The notes below the pieces were generated by a model. That model saw only the letters and a program-made list of their open reading frames with translations, was not told where the DNA came from and ran no database searches. DNA of 64,000 bases from a virus, in the IMG/VR virus record IMGVR_UViG_3300008050_007409; one strand, written 5' to 3'. The position numbers and the translations under genes were made by a program. How positions within the stretch are numbered: the first letter of the stretch is position 1; each line of letters begins with the position of its first letter. Positions 35,783 to 45,379 of the stretch are shown here, one piece after another.

Positions 35783-37947
35783 GGACCTCCTCCGAACCAG
35801 CGGTACACGCGGGAGTCCCGCTTCTTCTGCTCGTGGGTATGCCTCTGCTGTAGCACATCCCGGAGCTCCCTCGTGTTCCTCGACTTCCGATCCGCAGTCA
35901 TGTAGGCGTACTGACCCACGCTGCGCTCCGCCTTCTGGAACGTGATCGTCTGCCAGAAGTTCTTGGGCACGGCCGTGACGTAGCGGTTGACGATCACGCC
36001 GCGCTTGTCCAGGGGCCGATGGCTCTGCCCGCCGGCCCTGATGCCGCGGGCCGCGGCCTGGTTCATGCGCTCGGGGTTGTAGTGCGGATCAGCCAGCGCC
36101 ACCATCGTCGTGTTGCCCAGGGAGAGGCCCTCGGCCCCAGCCCCGGTGATGATGATCACCTTCTTCTTCCCGGCCTTGTAGTCCTCCACGTCCTGCTGAC
36201 GCCGCTCCTCGGTCATGCCCTTCATGGACTTGCCAGCGAAGACCCCGTGCTCGATGCCTCGGGCCGTCAGTCCAGCGCTGATGACGTCGACCCCACCCTT
36301 CACCAGGTTGGTGTAGATGATCACCTTCCCGTCCGAGGTGGTCTTGAGGTGCTTCTGCACGTCGTCCATGATCCGCTTGATCTTCGGAGTCCGCTCAGCG
36401 GACTGGGCCGGGGTGAGCTTCCGGTTGACCAGGTGCATGGAGTTCGAGATCTGCTGGGCACGCTGCAGGCGGGTGAAGGCGTTCATCTCCTCCCGCTTGT
36501 TGAGCATGATCCCCAGGCTGATCTTCCGGCGCAGAGCCGGGTCCACGCCCTTCATGGCCATCTTGTAGGCCCGGAGCTGCTCCGAGCTCATGGGCACCGC
36601 CACGTCCTTGACGTGCTTGGGCGGCTTCTCGGTGGCGTTCAGATCCTCGATGTAGTGGATGGAGCCGCCGATCCGGTTGTAGAGCTGCTCCTTGTTCTTG
36701 AGCCGCTTCTCCATGACCTTGCCACCGAAGACGCCTCGCTGGGCGGTCTGCACCCTCTGAGTGTGCTGGCGGTGGAACTGCCTCTTGGTCTTGATCGGAG
36801 CCTTTCCGCCTGTGACCAGGTTGACCAGGGGGACGGCGTCGGAAGAGTCGTTCTGGGCGATCGAGGCCGTCAGGCCCATCACGTTGGGCACCCTGGTCCG
36901 TGCGTAGGCGATGGCCTTGTGGGTGGAGCTGTCCGGGTTGCCCGCCCGGTGGAACTCGTCCGCGATGAGCGTGTCGGGCTTGTAGGCGTCGATGAAGGCC
37001 TGGGGGTTCCGTCGGAAGGCTGAGTAGGACACCACGACGTACTCGGTGTCCTGGCTGACCTTCTGGTTGGCGTTGGTGAGCATCACGCTCTTGGATCCGG
37101 TGAACTTGCCGACGCTGTCGTGGAAGTTCTTGCGCAGCCCTGCCGGGGCGATGACCAGGGCTCGCTTGGCCTTGCCCTGACCCTTGAGCTTCTCGAAGGT
37201 GGCAATGGCCGAGACCGTCTTGCCGGTGCCCGTGCCATGGGCGGCGATGTGGCCAGAGGTCGGATCCTTCAGCACCTTCTTGGCGAAGTCCGCCTGGTGG
37301 GCCTTGAGCTTGACGAAGCCCTTGAGCCGGTTCTTCGTGACCCAGGTACGTCCGGCCTGTTCGTTGCCGAACTGGTCGTGTCCCTTCTGACCGGCCGGGA
37401 GCCGGCGCCAGTGGCCTCCTGACTCTGCGATCTTCTGGAACTCGACCTGGAAGGAGGCGAGGGCGACGTTCGACGCTGCCACCTTCCTGAGCTGGTCCGG
37501 AGGGACCAGCTTGAAGCGCATGTCGGACTTGCGGATCCTCGCCCGCACAGCGGGAGGCACATCGTGGAAGTTGTGCTTGATGACCCTCTTGAGGCTCGTC
37601 GGGGCGACGGCGTCCTTGTGGAACAGGTAGTGCTTCCCGACCCGGTGGGCGTGCAGCTTCCCCTTCCGCCAGGTGGGGGTGAACAACCGCTCGCCAGGCA
37701 GTGGGATCGCCATGCGAGTCTTCTTGAACCCACGCTCCTTGAGGTCCCCGATCTCCTTCGCGGACACCGCCACCTGAGGGTGCGTCCAGCCTGGGTTGAC
37801 CACCTGTTCGATGGCATCCAGGATCTGCTTCTCCGCCTTACCTCCATCCACGGAGATCAGCGGAACAGAGCTGTCCTTGGCGATCTTCTCCATCCCGACG
37901 AGAGCCTCGTCAGCGCGGAGTGCCTGGAACCAGCGCTGGGTGCTCAT
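35779..37947 (-). CDS. SF2 (SNF2-like) helicase with leader motifs
   Basis: AHQ, HGTGTGKT, ADEFH, GLTAS, KVIIYTN, AGAEGLSL, YNPERMNQAAARGIRAG; MEKIA and SFQVEFQKIA upstream of the helicase. Confidence 0.92.
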   Translation of the reverse strand: MSTQRWFQALRADEALVGMEKIAKDSSVPLISVDGGKAEKQILDAIEQVVNPGWTHPQVAVSAKEIGDLKERGFKKTRMAIPLPGERLFTPTWRKGKLHAHRVGKHYLFHKDAVAPTSLKRVIKHNFHDVPPAVRARIRKSDMRFKLVPPDQLRKVAASNVALASFQVEFQKIAESGGHWRRLPAGQKGHDQFGNEQAGRTWVTKNRLKGFVKLKAHQADFAKKVLKDPTSGHIAAHGTGTGKTVSAIATFEKLKGQGKAKRALVIAPAGLRKNFHDSVGKFTGSKSVMLTNANQKVSQDTEYVVVSYSAFRRNPQAFIDAYKPDTLIADEFHRAGNPDSSTHKAIAYARTRVPNVMGLTASIAQNDSSDAVPLVNLVTGGKAPIKTKRQFHRQHTQRVQTAQRGVFGGKVMEKRLKNKEQLYNRIGGSIHYIEDLNATEKPPKHVKDVAVPMSSEQLRAYKMAMKGVDPALRRKISLGIMLNKREEMNAFTRLQRAQQISNSMHLVNRKLTPAQSAERTPKIKRIMDDVQKHLKTTSDGKVIIYTNLVKGGVDVISAGLTARGIEHGVFAGKSMKGMTEERRQQDVEDYKAGKKKVIIITGAGAEGLSLGNTTMVALADPHYNPERMNQAAARGIRAGGQSHRPLDKRGVIVNRYVTAVPKNFWQTITFQKAERSVGQYAYMTADRKSRNTRELRDVLQQRHTHEQKKRDSRVYRWFGGGP

Positions 37948-40415
37948 CCTCGAAGTCCTTGGTACAGGAGGCTCTTGGCGTAGGCCAAGGTAGCAGCCTG
38001 TCGCCTCTGAAGCAGATCACGGAGTCCGTAGTTGGTCTCCTCACTCTGCTCCACCTGGAGCGTCTTGTAGGTGGCCTCCACCGTCTTCTTCCCGATCGGG
38101 ACGGATTCCGGGAGGGAGCCGTCGTCGTCGTAACTCGCGATGTTCGTCTCGTAGATGGTCTCTTCGTGCTCAGGAACGTCCACGACCCTCCGCTGCACGG
38201 ACCTGGTCGATGTGTAGCTGTCATCGACAGGGCTGCTCGGATCGACAGCTGCTGAGAAGAAGCCGTGATCCGTTCCGTAGTCTGCCAGGACCTTGGCCTG
38301 GATGGTGCTTTCGATCTCGTCCAGTGCTTCGCCTTCCCCGAAGCTCCGCCAAGAACTGGCCGTAGCCAAGCCCACGGTCTGAGCCATGTCGGCCTTAGGA
38401 CGCTGGGTGATCGACTGCGTGAACGCCTGGAGGTTCCCTTCGTTCTGGAGGATCGTCTGGTAGAGCAGCTGGAGGTAGGCGACCGACCTCACTAGGGCCT
38501 TCGAGTCGTAGCTCGTGACCTCCTCATAGCCCCAGTAAGACTCATCGAATTCAACGTCCTTGAACTCGCCGGTGGGGATACTTTCTGTGTCCCCTGTGGC
38601 AATGTCGGTCTCAAAGAGCAAGATCTCCTCCTTCCGGGTCGCCTTGCGGGTCTTCTTGACCTTCCTCCTGGTGATGATGGGCTCGAAGGCCTGCGCCACA
38701 CCTTCGGATGCCCCGCTTACCAGGTCAGCCAGATCGCCCTCGTTGACGCCGGCGATGACGTCAAACAGAGATCCGCACCCGAAGACGGTCTGGTAGACCT
38801 CCTCCCCAATCCGCTCCCAGTCATAGCGGTCGTCCAGGAACCCGTCTGTCCCGCGGCGGGTGACCTCGTAGACGGATCTCCCTTCGTTGTCGAAGTCGGC
38901 AGCCTCGTCGTGCTGGTAGCAACCCACCATCGTGAAGTGGGTCCAGCCTCCGTTCTGATCGATGGAGTGCACCACCGTCTGGACGTTGCCCATGACGTGG
39001 CGGGTGATCAGTCCGGGGATGCCGACCCTGTCCATCACCAGACCTGGGTAGCCGGGGACCAGGTTGGGGTTGAAGGGTCCGGAGACGTTGGTGGATCGAG
39101 TGCTGAACCGGTACTTCCAGAACAGGTAGTCGCAGAGCTTGGAGAGGTACTCCCTACGGCCGCCCTTCTGGACGTAGGCCCCGAGATCGGACTCCCAGGT
39201 GAAGATGGGGTTGAGGCCGACGAACTCCTCGTGAGGCATGAGGATCTCAGCCATGCGGTCGAGGTGCCCACCCTCCCGGTACATGACCTCTGCGACCTCA
39301 GAGAAGTCCGGGGCGTAGAAGCGCTCTGTGAGCCACTTGGATCGGCCCGTGAAGAACAGGCTCGTGCGGAGCATCAGACGAGTGGGCTCCGCCAAGTAGC
39401 TCCTCTGGTAGGCCAGCGAGTTGTACTGGTGCGGGAAGACGATGTTGCAGGCCGGCGGCGCCAGGAACCAGGTGTCCGGCTTGACCACCACGTAGTTCAG
39501 GCTGGCACCTTCCCAGGGTTGATCAGATACCGTCTGCTTGGCGAGTTCGGGCGCGGCCTGCTGGATGTCGAGCCCCAGGGCCGTGCCGCCGGGATCGAGC
39601 CAGGGACAAGGCATGGTGGTCATGGAGTGCATGACCGTCCCCAGCATGGTGTTGATCATCTGACGGGCGGTCACCATCCCACCACCGCCGCCGACCTGGT
39701 TCTTGATGAACTTCTGGAAGAAGTCCAGCTTCATCAGCTTGGCGGCGGTCTTGTCCTCCGGGATGCCCACGATCAGGTCCCCGATCCTCCAGCGGTTGAA
39801 GGCCTGGGCGTAGAAGACGCTGGAGGCGAAGAACATCTCACGCAGGACACGCTGGGTGCCAGTGTAGATGTTGCTGTAGCTCTCGGTGTTGCCGTCGCTG
39901 TCGGTGACCTTGACCTTGGACGCACTGAGCCAGACGAACAGGTTGGAGCTCACGCCCTTGCCGATCACATCGTAGTTCTTGATCTTGTCCGCGGTGACGC
40001 CCATGAAGGCGTTCTCGAAGAACTCGACCCCGCCGTTGCGGAAGTTCAGGTAGTGCTGGCGGATGAAGTCCAGATAGTTCATCGGGCCGACACAGCTCAG
40101 GATCCCCGCCCTCTGACCGTCCTGTTTCTGCAGACGGACTGACGCCAGCTCCCCGGCGAAGAGCATCTTCCAGCGACGTGGGTCTGCAATTCCGAAGCCT
40201 GACTCACTTCCCTCCTTGAAGGTGTAGTCGGCGTCCTCGTAGTAGAACAGGTGGATCATCGACCGAGGCAGCAGGTCGAACATGTGGTCGGTGGCGATGA
40301 CCTGGATGTCGGCCTGCGCATCGGCGTTGTCGGCGAAGGTACACCGCGCCCCAACGACGGGGAGCTCGACACCGTCGATGAACAACCTGAGGTTGAGCCT
40401 TCGCGGGGTAGTCAT
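37944..40415 (-). CDS. baseplate hub-like protein (gp27/GpD-like)
   Basis: LRLFIDGVELPV N-terminus; SGPFNPNLVPGYPG..VQTVVHSIDQNGGWTHF; position after tape measure. Confidence 0.65.
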   Translation of the reverse strand: MTTPRRLNLRLFIDGVELPVVGARCTFADNADAQADIQVIATDHMFDLLPRSMIHLFYYEDADYTFKEGSESGFGIADPRRWKMLFAGELASVRLQKQDGQRAGILSCVGPMNYLDFIRQHYLNFRNGGVEFFENAFMGVTADKIKNYDVIGKGVSSNLFVWLSASKVKVTDSDGNTESYSNIYTGTQRVLREMFFASSVFYAQAFNRWRIGDLIVGIPEDKTAAKLMKLDFFQKFIKNQVGGGGGMVTARQMINTMLGTVMHSMTTMPCPWLDPGGTALGLDIQQAAPELAKQTVSDQPWEGASLNYVVVKPDTWFLAPPACNIVFPHQYNSLAYQRSYLAEPTRLMLRTSLFFTGRSKWLTERFYAPDFSEVAEVMYREGGHLDRMAEILMPHEEFVGLNPIFTWESDLGAYVQKGGRREYLSKLCDYLFWKYRFSTRSTNVSGPFNPNLVPGYPGLVMDRVGIPGLITRHVMGNVQTVVHSIDQNGGWTHFTMVGCYQHDEAADFDNEGRSVYEVTRRGTDGFLDDRYDWERIGEEVYQTVFGCGSLFDVIAGVNEGDLADLVSGASEGVAQAFEPIITRRKVKKTRKATRKEEILLFETDIATGDTESIPTGEFKDVEFDESYWGYEEVTSYDSKALVRSVAYLQLLYQTILQNEGNLQAFTQSITQRPKADMAQTVGLATASSWRSFGEGEALDEIESTIQAKVLADYGTDHGFFSAAVDPSSPVDDSYTSTRSVQRRVVDVPEHEETIYETNIASYDDDGSLPESVPIGKKTVEATYKTLQVEQSEETNYGLRDLLQRRQAATLAYAKSLLYQGLRG

Positions 40416-41485
40416 CAGCCCACCGCAGGATGATCGTCGATCACGCAGGCACAGTTCGCTACGCCCGCAGAGAGGGAGCTGCTGATCCCTGCCGAATTGG
40501 AGTCCCTCGAGGCCAGCGGGAAGGCGTCTGGATCGCTACGCCGTTGGATCTGGGCCGTGAGCTTGTCTCCGCCTTCCGTCTGCTGGACAGCCAAGTCCGT
40601 GTCGATGAACGTGAGCGCAGCGCCCGGCTCCTTCCAGAGCTTGCCGGTCGAGCTGTCCCCGATCCAAGAGGCGGTCCTAATGCTCGTCGAGGTCGCTGGT
40701 ACATCCTGAGTGCTGCCAGACTCCTCGACGAGCTCCCCCGTCGCCAGGTCGATGTAGTTGTACCCTGGGTTCTTGGCTCCTCCGTACCCAGTGCCTCCAG
40801 CGAGTGGGTACTCGGGGTGGACCTCCGAGCCTACGAGACCTGTTGCCCGTGCAGTGGTCCCGAAGCGGTTGACGTAGGAGTCGTCGCCCTCGCTGAGGTC
40901 CTTGTAGGCCGTGATCAGGAGGGAGAAGTTGAAGGGACAGACGAAGGGGTTGTCGGAGGTCTGCGTGACCGAGGTGCCCAGGATCATCCCCTGCACCAGC
41001 ACGTCGTCGAAGCCCAGGTAGACCCGAGCCCTGTACTCCACGCACTTCGTCCCGCGCAGGTACTTGCCGTAGTTGCGCAACCACTCGTTCTTCCAGTTGA
41101 AGTTCCTACTGTTGAGCAGCATCCCCTGGCACTGGAGGACGATGGGCTTCTGCCCGTAGAAGAAGGCGTAGAAGGGGCCGAAGGTCTCTACGATCTGGAC
41201 CTTCTCCTGCCTGGTCTGAGACACCGCCTGCAGGATGAAGTTGTGGGTCGCGGCCGAGGTGCCCTGACTTCCGTCGTGCGCCGGCGCCGAGCTGTCCAGG
41301 ACAGAGACGTGCTTGAACTCAGATCCGTCCATCCTGTAGAGGGACAGGAAAGCGTGCCGGGGGTCCTTGTGCAACAGCCCCTCGAGAGGACGGCGGACGT
41401 TGACTTCCTCGAAGGGGAGGGAGTCCTTGTCCCCCTCCATGGCTTCGACGAAGGGGTCCTTCTCCAGGAGGATCACCGGCATCAT
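40415..41485 (-). CDS. tail tube initiator/baseplate protein
   Basis: FILQAVSQTRQEKVQIVETFGPFYAFFYGQKP..GMLLN; position after tape measure. Confidence 0.55.
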   Translation of the reverse strand: MMPVILLEKDPFVEAMEGDKDSLPFEEVNVRRPLEGLLHKDPRHAFLSLYRMDGSEFKHVSVLDSSAPAHDGSQGTSAATHNFILQAVSQTRQEKVQIVETFGPFYAFFYGQKPIVLQCQGMLLNSRNFNWKNEWLRNYGKYLRGTKCVEYRARVYLGFDDVLVQGMILGTSVTQTSDNPFVCPFNFSLLITAYKDLSEGDDSYVNRFGTTARATGLVGSEVHPEYPLAGGTGYGGAKNPGYNYIDLATGELVEESGSTQDVPATSTSIRTASWIGDSSTGKLWKEPGAALTFIDTDLAVQQTEGGDKLTAQIQRRSDPDAFPLASRDSNSAGISSSLSAGVANCACVIDDHPAVG

Positions 41486-41700
41486 CCATCCTCGGCCTTG
41501 GGGTTGACCAGGAGCGTCCGGATCTCAGGACTCACTCGAGGCGTTTCATCGGGCAGTCCACCGTACTTAGCAGACGCGAAGCCTCGCAGCAGCATCTGCG
41601 TGATCCGATCAGGCCCGACCCTGTCCACCAGGGTAGCCGTGACGACACCGTCGCGGGTGACAACGGTGGACTTTCCGAGCTCAGTGGAGGTAGCCATCAC
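41482..41700 (-). CDS. small hypothetical protein
   Basis: Overlap-coupled on both sides. Confidence 0.65.
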   Translation of the reverse strand: MMATSTELGKSTVVTRDGVVTATLVDRVGPDRITQMLLRGFASAKYGGLPDETPRVSPEIRTLLVNPKAEDG

Positions 41701-44700
41701 CCGCCCTCGCCTTCCAAGAAGTTCTGATCGAGGGGCTTCCAGTCGTCGCCCAGATCTCCCTTCATGTTGCTCACGAAGCGATCGACGGCTGCGACGAACC
41801 GGGTGTTGGCCTGGGCGTATGCCGTGCGAGTGTCCCCGATCTCCGTGCCGCTGGCGGAGCTGTAGGCCGTGGGGTCGAGGAGGTTCTTCTGCTTCAGGAT
41901 CTCGATGACCTGGGCAGCCCGGGCAGTCTCATCCTGGATGCTGCCGATCATCTTGATCTCGTCTTCCGTGAAGTTGAGGCTCTCCCCTGCGGCCTTGGTC
42001 TTCGTCGCGTCTCCGGACAGGAGTCCCTGAAGGCCCGAACCCAGCCTCCCTCCACTCGCCCCGTAGACCGTCTCCAGGAGAGCTGCCTCTTCGTCAGACA
42101 GGTCACTGTCTGAGAGCAGATCATCCTCGATGAAGCGCTGTGTCATCTCCGAGTAGGTGCTGATCCCTGTGCCGCTTCGTCCCAGTTGATCCAGGCGCTT
42201 GTCGTACTTCCCGCCGGCGAAGCCCTTGGCCTCCCGCGCATTGGCCACAGCGCGGGACTGGCTACGTCCTCTGACCTCTGCGTCCGCGATCACCCCGAGC
42301 TCTTCCAGCATCCCGCCGGCGCTCTGTCGGAGTGACATCCTGTAGTTAACGTGGCTGTCAGCCTTCAGCGCGATCTTGTGGAGCTGATCGTAGGACTCCA
42401 AGCCCTGCATCGCCTCAGCGATCTCCTCTGGAGTTCCTCCCTTCTGCGCCTCCAGGTACTTGGCGAACGCCGCCCGGGCGTCCTTGTCGGACGACAGGGT
42501 CTTGCTGATGTCGTCCTCGTCGATGCCGTCGTAGATGCTCTGGTTGTCCAGGCCGGACAGGAGCTTGTTGAGGTTCTGCTCCCCCGTCTCCCGAACGCCA
42601 GAGACCGTTCCGAGCCTACGCAACGTCCCCTTCTTGGCGATTCCCGTCTCTACGAGCTTCTCGTCCTGACGCATCGTGGAGGTCAAGAGAGTCCGGTAGT
42701 TCTTGTCGGAGATGTACTTCTCGATGTCTCCGGAGCCGCGGAGGCCCGTCTTCGTGTCGCCGCTCAGGGTGTCGCTGGCTGTAGCCAACAGCCAGAGGTT
42801 CTGCTCCTCCTTGCTGAGGTCATCCCACCCTTCGGCTTGGTAGATGTCGTTGAGGCGGTCGTAGCCGAGGTCAGACCCGCCGACGATGGTCTCTCGAGCC
42901 CGCTGGACGATGTCACCGCCACCTCCCGTGAGCCTGCTCAGGTTGGTCCTCTGGCGGTCGGTGAGCTTGGCGGACTGGGAGATCTTCAGACCCCGATTCA
43001 TGTCCTCCCTGGAGATGAATCGTCCATCTCCCAGATCGACGTGATCACCTCCCTTCTTGATCGCCTCGTTGGCGCCGATGGTGTAGGCCGAGAGCTCCGT
43101 GCGCATCCGCTCTCTGGCGCCGGGAGTGCCTCCGATCAAGGGGCCGGAGTCGCTGGTGCTGACCCCCATTAGCTGGTCAACTGGACCATACTCAAGGGCT
43201 GGGGCTACGTGCTCAAGCTGACCGTAGCGCTTCTCCCACCAGGCGGACTTGGCCAGGAGAGCTTCGCTGGCACGCTCGTAGTCCATGTCCCTGCCAGAAC
43301 CCCGTCCGTAGCGCTCGGCCAAGCGCTGATCAGACTCCCCTCCTCCGCTGTAGGTCCGGGGACGCCAGAAGGTCTCAGCGACATCCCCCCAGGAACGGCT
43401 GGCTGCTCCTCCCATGTCCTCGCCCCAGCCTCTGGCGCGAGAGAACAGCCCTCGAGTGAATCCGTAGTCGCCCGAGTTCAGGTACCTGCTGACGCTTGCT
43501 CCGATCTTGTGGTAGTTCCGGTCCTGCTCCCAGGCTTCAGTCTGAGCGGCCTCGTACTCAGCAGACGCTTGCGCCTCCAAGAGCTCTGGCATCGCCATCG
43601 TCTGGGAGAGCATCATGTTGGCCTCGTTGACGCCCATGCCCATCGTGCCCAAGTGCCTGATGATCCCCTGCTTGTTGTACCCCCCATGGAGCTGCTGGGA
43701 CTGGGCTGCCGCGATGGAGACCATCCCCATGCCTGCGTACTGCATGGCGTTCTCGCGGGCCTCCGCTGTGCCGGCACGGTGGAGGGTTCCCAGACCCCGA
43801 TTGGAGGCGCCCGTGACCATGGACTCGAGGGACTTGTCGCCCGACAGGAAGCTGTTGACCCGTCCCATGTCCATCTCGTTGCCTTCGCCGAGCATGTTGG
43901 CGATCATCACCCGGCCGCGAGAGGAGCTGAGGAAGCGCATCTGACGTGCCGCCATCCCTGCACCGACCTGGCCGACTCCGCCGGCCTCCATGACGTCCTC
44001 CTCGCTGAGGTAGCCCTGCCGCATGGCGTAGGCGACGCCAGCAGTCTGCTGCTGGGCGAAGTCGGATCCGTGACGTCCCTTCATCCCAAGCTGCCTGGCG
44101 TACTGGGTGCCGAAGCGCCCGGCGTTGACCATGTCCCCGGTGCTGAGGCCGGACATGATCTCTCGAGCTGTCTGGCGTAGGGAGGCGGCCTTGATGTCCG
44201 AGGTCGTGTAGAAGCCCTGAGTGCGGAGCTCCCCCACCATCTTCAGCGCGTCGTCCACGCTGGTCTGCATGGTGGAGGCGACCTCCTTCACCGTGTCCAT
44301 GATCTTGGTGAAGCGCTCCTTGAACTCCTTCACGTCCCGAGTGGTCTGGAACAGCTTCATGGAGTCCATCTCGCGGACCATGTCCGCCATCTGACCCACG
44401 CCCTTGCCGATGTCCCTCCCCTGATCTGCCAGGAGCTTGCCGACATTGGCTCCGTGGTGCTGGTTTCCTCCGAACTGACCGCCGATGCTGGCCATCAGAC
44501 CCTTGCCCACCATCCCCTGGTGGGCTCCGTGGAAGACCTGTTCACCTGTCTGGATCATCCCCTCTGTGATCGCCAGACCTGCGGCGATGGGAGCAGCGGC
44601 CGCTGCGAGTCCCACAGCGCCTGCGCCGGCGACGCCCATGGCGGCTCGACCGAGACTGAGGCTCGCCCTACCGACCCCTGCCGCGGTCTTGGCTCCGGTG

Positions 44701-45101
44701 AACCCTCCCCAGGCAGTCTTCATGGCCCCGAGAGCACCTCGGCCAGCTGCCCAGGAACCGCCGCCTCCGAAGGCGAAGCCAGCTCGAGCTGCAGGAGCGA
44801 CGTAGCTGAAGGGCTCCAGCGCCATCATGGTGCTGCCCAGCATGCGCGGGGCCAGGCTCTGGGCCCCGGCCATCATCGGAGCAGCGACCATCGCCGCCAT
44901 CATCCCGCCGTGGACAGCCACGGGGGTGACGGTGTTCCCGAAGAAGTCTCCGGCCTGGGAGCCGGCCTGAGCCTGGGAGAGCTGTCCGTACTGGTTGACC
45001 TGGGAGAAGGTCGTCCCGTACTGGGCCCCCATCCCCGCCCCCATTGCCAGGGAGTGGGAAAGGCCTGGCGGTGAGACGTTGGGAGGTCCCTGGCCCTGCA
45101 T
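41697..45101 (-). CDS. tape measure protein (1134 aa)
   Basis: Long Ala/Gly/Met-rich helical protein with hydrophobic N-terminal part, upstream of hub genes. Confidence 0.8.
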   Translation of the reverse strand: MQGQGPPNVSPPGLSHSLAMGAGMGAQYGTTFSQVNQYGQLSQAQAGSQAGDFFGNTVTPVAVHGGMMAAMVAAPMMAGAQSLAPRMLGSTMMALEPFSYVAPAARAGFAFGGGGSWAAGRGALGAMKTAWGGFTGAKTAAGVGRASLSLGRAAMGVAGAGAVGLAAAAAPIAAGLAITEGMIQTGEQVFHGAHQGMVGKGLMASIGGQFGGNQHHGANVGKLLADQGRDIGKGVGQMADMVREMDSMKLFQTTRDVKEFKERFTKIMDTVKEVASTMQTSVDDALKMVGELRTQGFYTTSDIKAASLRQTAREIMSGLSTGDMVNAGRFGTQYARQLGMKGRHGSDFAQQQTAGVAYAMRQGYLSEEDVMEAGGVGQVGAGMAARQMRFLSSSRGRVMIANMLGEGNEMDMGRVNSFLSGDKSLESMVTGASNRGLGTLHRAGTAEARENAMQYAGMGMVSIAAAQSQQLHGGYNKQGIIRHLGTMGMGVNEANMMLSQTMAMPELLEAQASAEYEAAQTEAWEQDRNYHKIGASVSRYLNSGDYGFTRGLFSRARGWGEDMGGAASRSWGDVAETFWRPRTYSGGGESDQRLAERYGRGSGRDMDYERASEALLAKSAWWEKRYGQLEHVAPALEYGPVDQLMGVSTSDSGPLIGGTPGARERMRTELSAYTIGANEAIKKGGDHVDLGDGRFISREDMNRGLKISQSAKLTDRQRTNLSRLTGGGGDIVQRARETIVGGSDLGYDRLNDIYQAEGWDDLSKEEQNLWLLATASDTLSGDTKTGLRGSGDIEKYISDKNYRTLLTSTMRQDEKLVETGIAKKGTLRRLGTVSGVRETGEQNLNKLLSGLDNQSIYDGIDEDDISKTLSSDKDARAAFAKYLEAQKGGTPEEIAEAMQGLESYDQLHKIALKADSHVNYRMSLRQSAGGMLEELGVIADAEVRGRSQSRAVANAREAKGFAGGKYDKRLDQLGRSGTGISTYSEMTQRFIEDDLLSDSDLSDEEAALLETVYGASGGRLGSGLQGLLSGDATKTKAAGESLNFTEDEIKMIGSIQDETARAAQVIEILKQKNLLDPTAYSSASGTEIGDTRTAYAQANTRFVAAVDRFVSNMKGDLGDDWKPLDQNFLEGEGG

Positions 45102-45379
45102 CAGCTACCTCTGGGCCGTTCACTCCGCTGCCGTCGAGGATCGACGATGTGAAGGTGGAAGCCCCGACCGGTCTTGCCGTAGGCTGCCTCGAACACGCGA
45201 CGGAGGCTGTTGGCGTGAACCCCCTTCCGTCCCAGGAGCTTGCCGACGTCCGGGTCTGCCACGGTGACTTCGAAGTGCGCCGAGTGGTCCGAGATGTTCT
45301 TCTCGATCTTCACGGCATCCCGATCGTCGATCAGGCTGAGGATGAGATCCGTCAGTAGTTGATCGAGGGGCGGGTTCAC
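45101..45379 (-). CDS. KH-domain RNA-binding protein (KhpA/UPF0109-like)
   Basis: LIDDRDAVKI..VTVADPDVGKLLGRKGVHANSLR: single KH domain with GxxG loop. Confidence 0.88.
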   Translation of the reverse strand: MNPPLDQLLTDLILSLIDDRDAVKIEKNISDHSAHFEVTVADPDVGKLLGRKGVHANSLRRVFEAAYGKTGRGFHLHIVDPRRQRSERPRGS

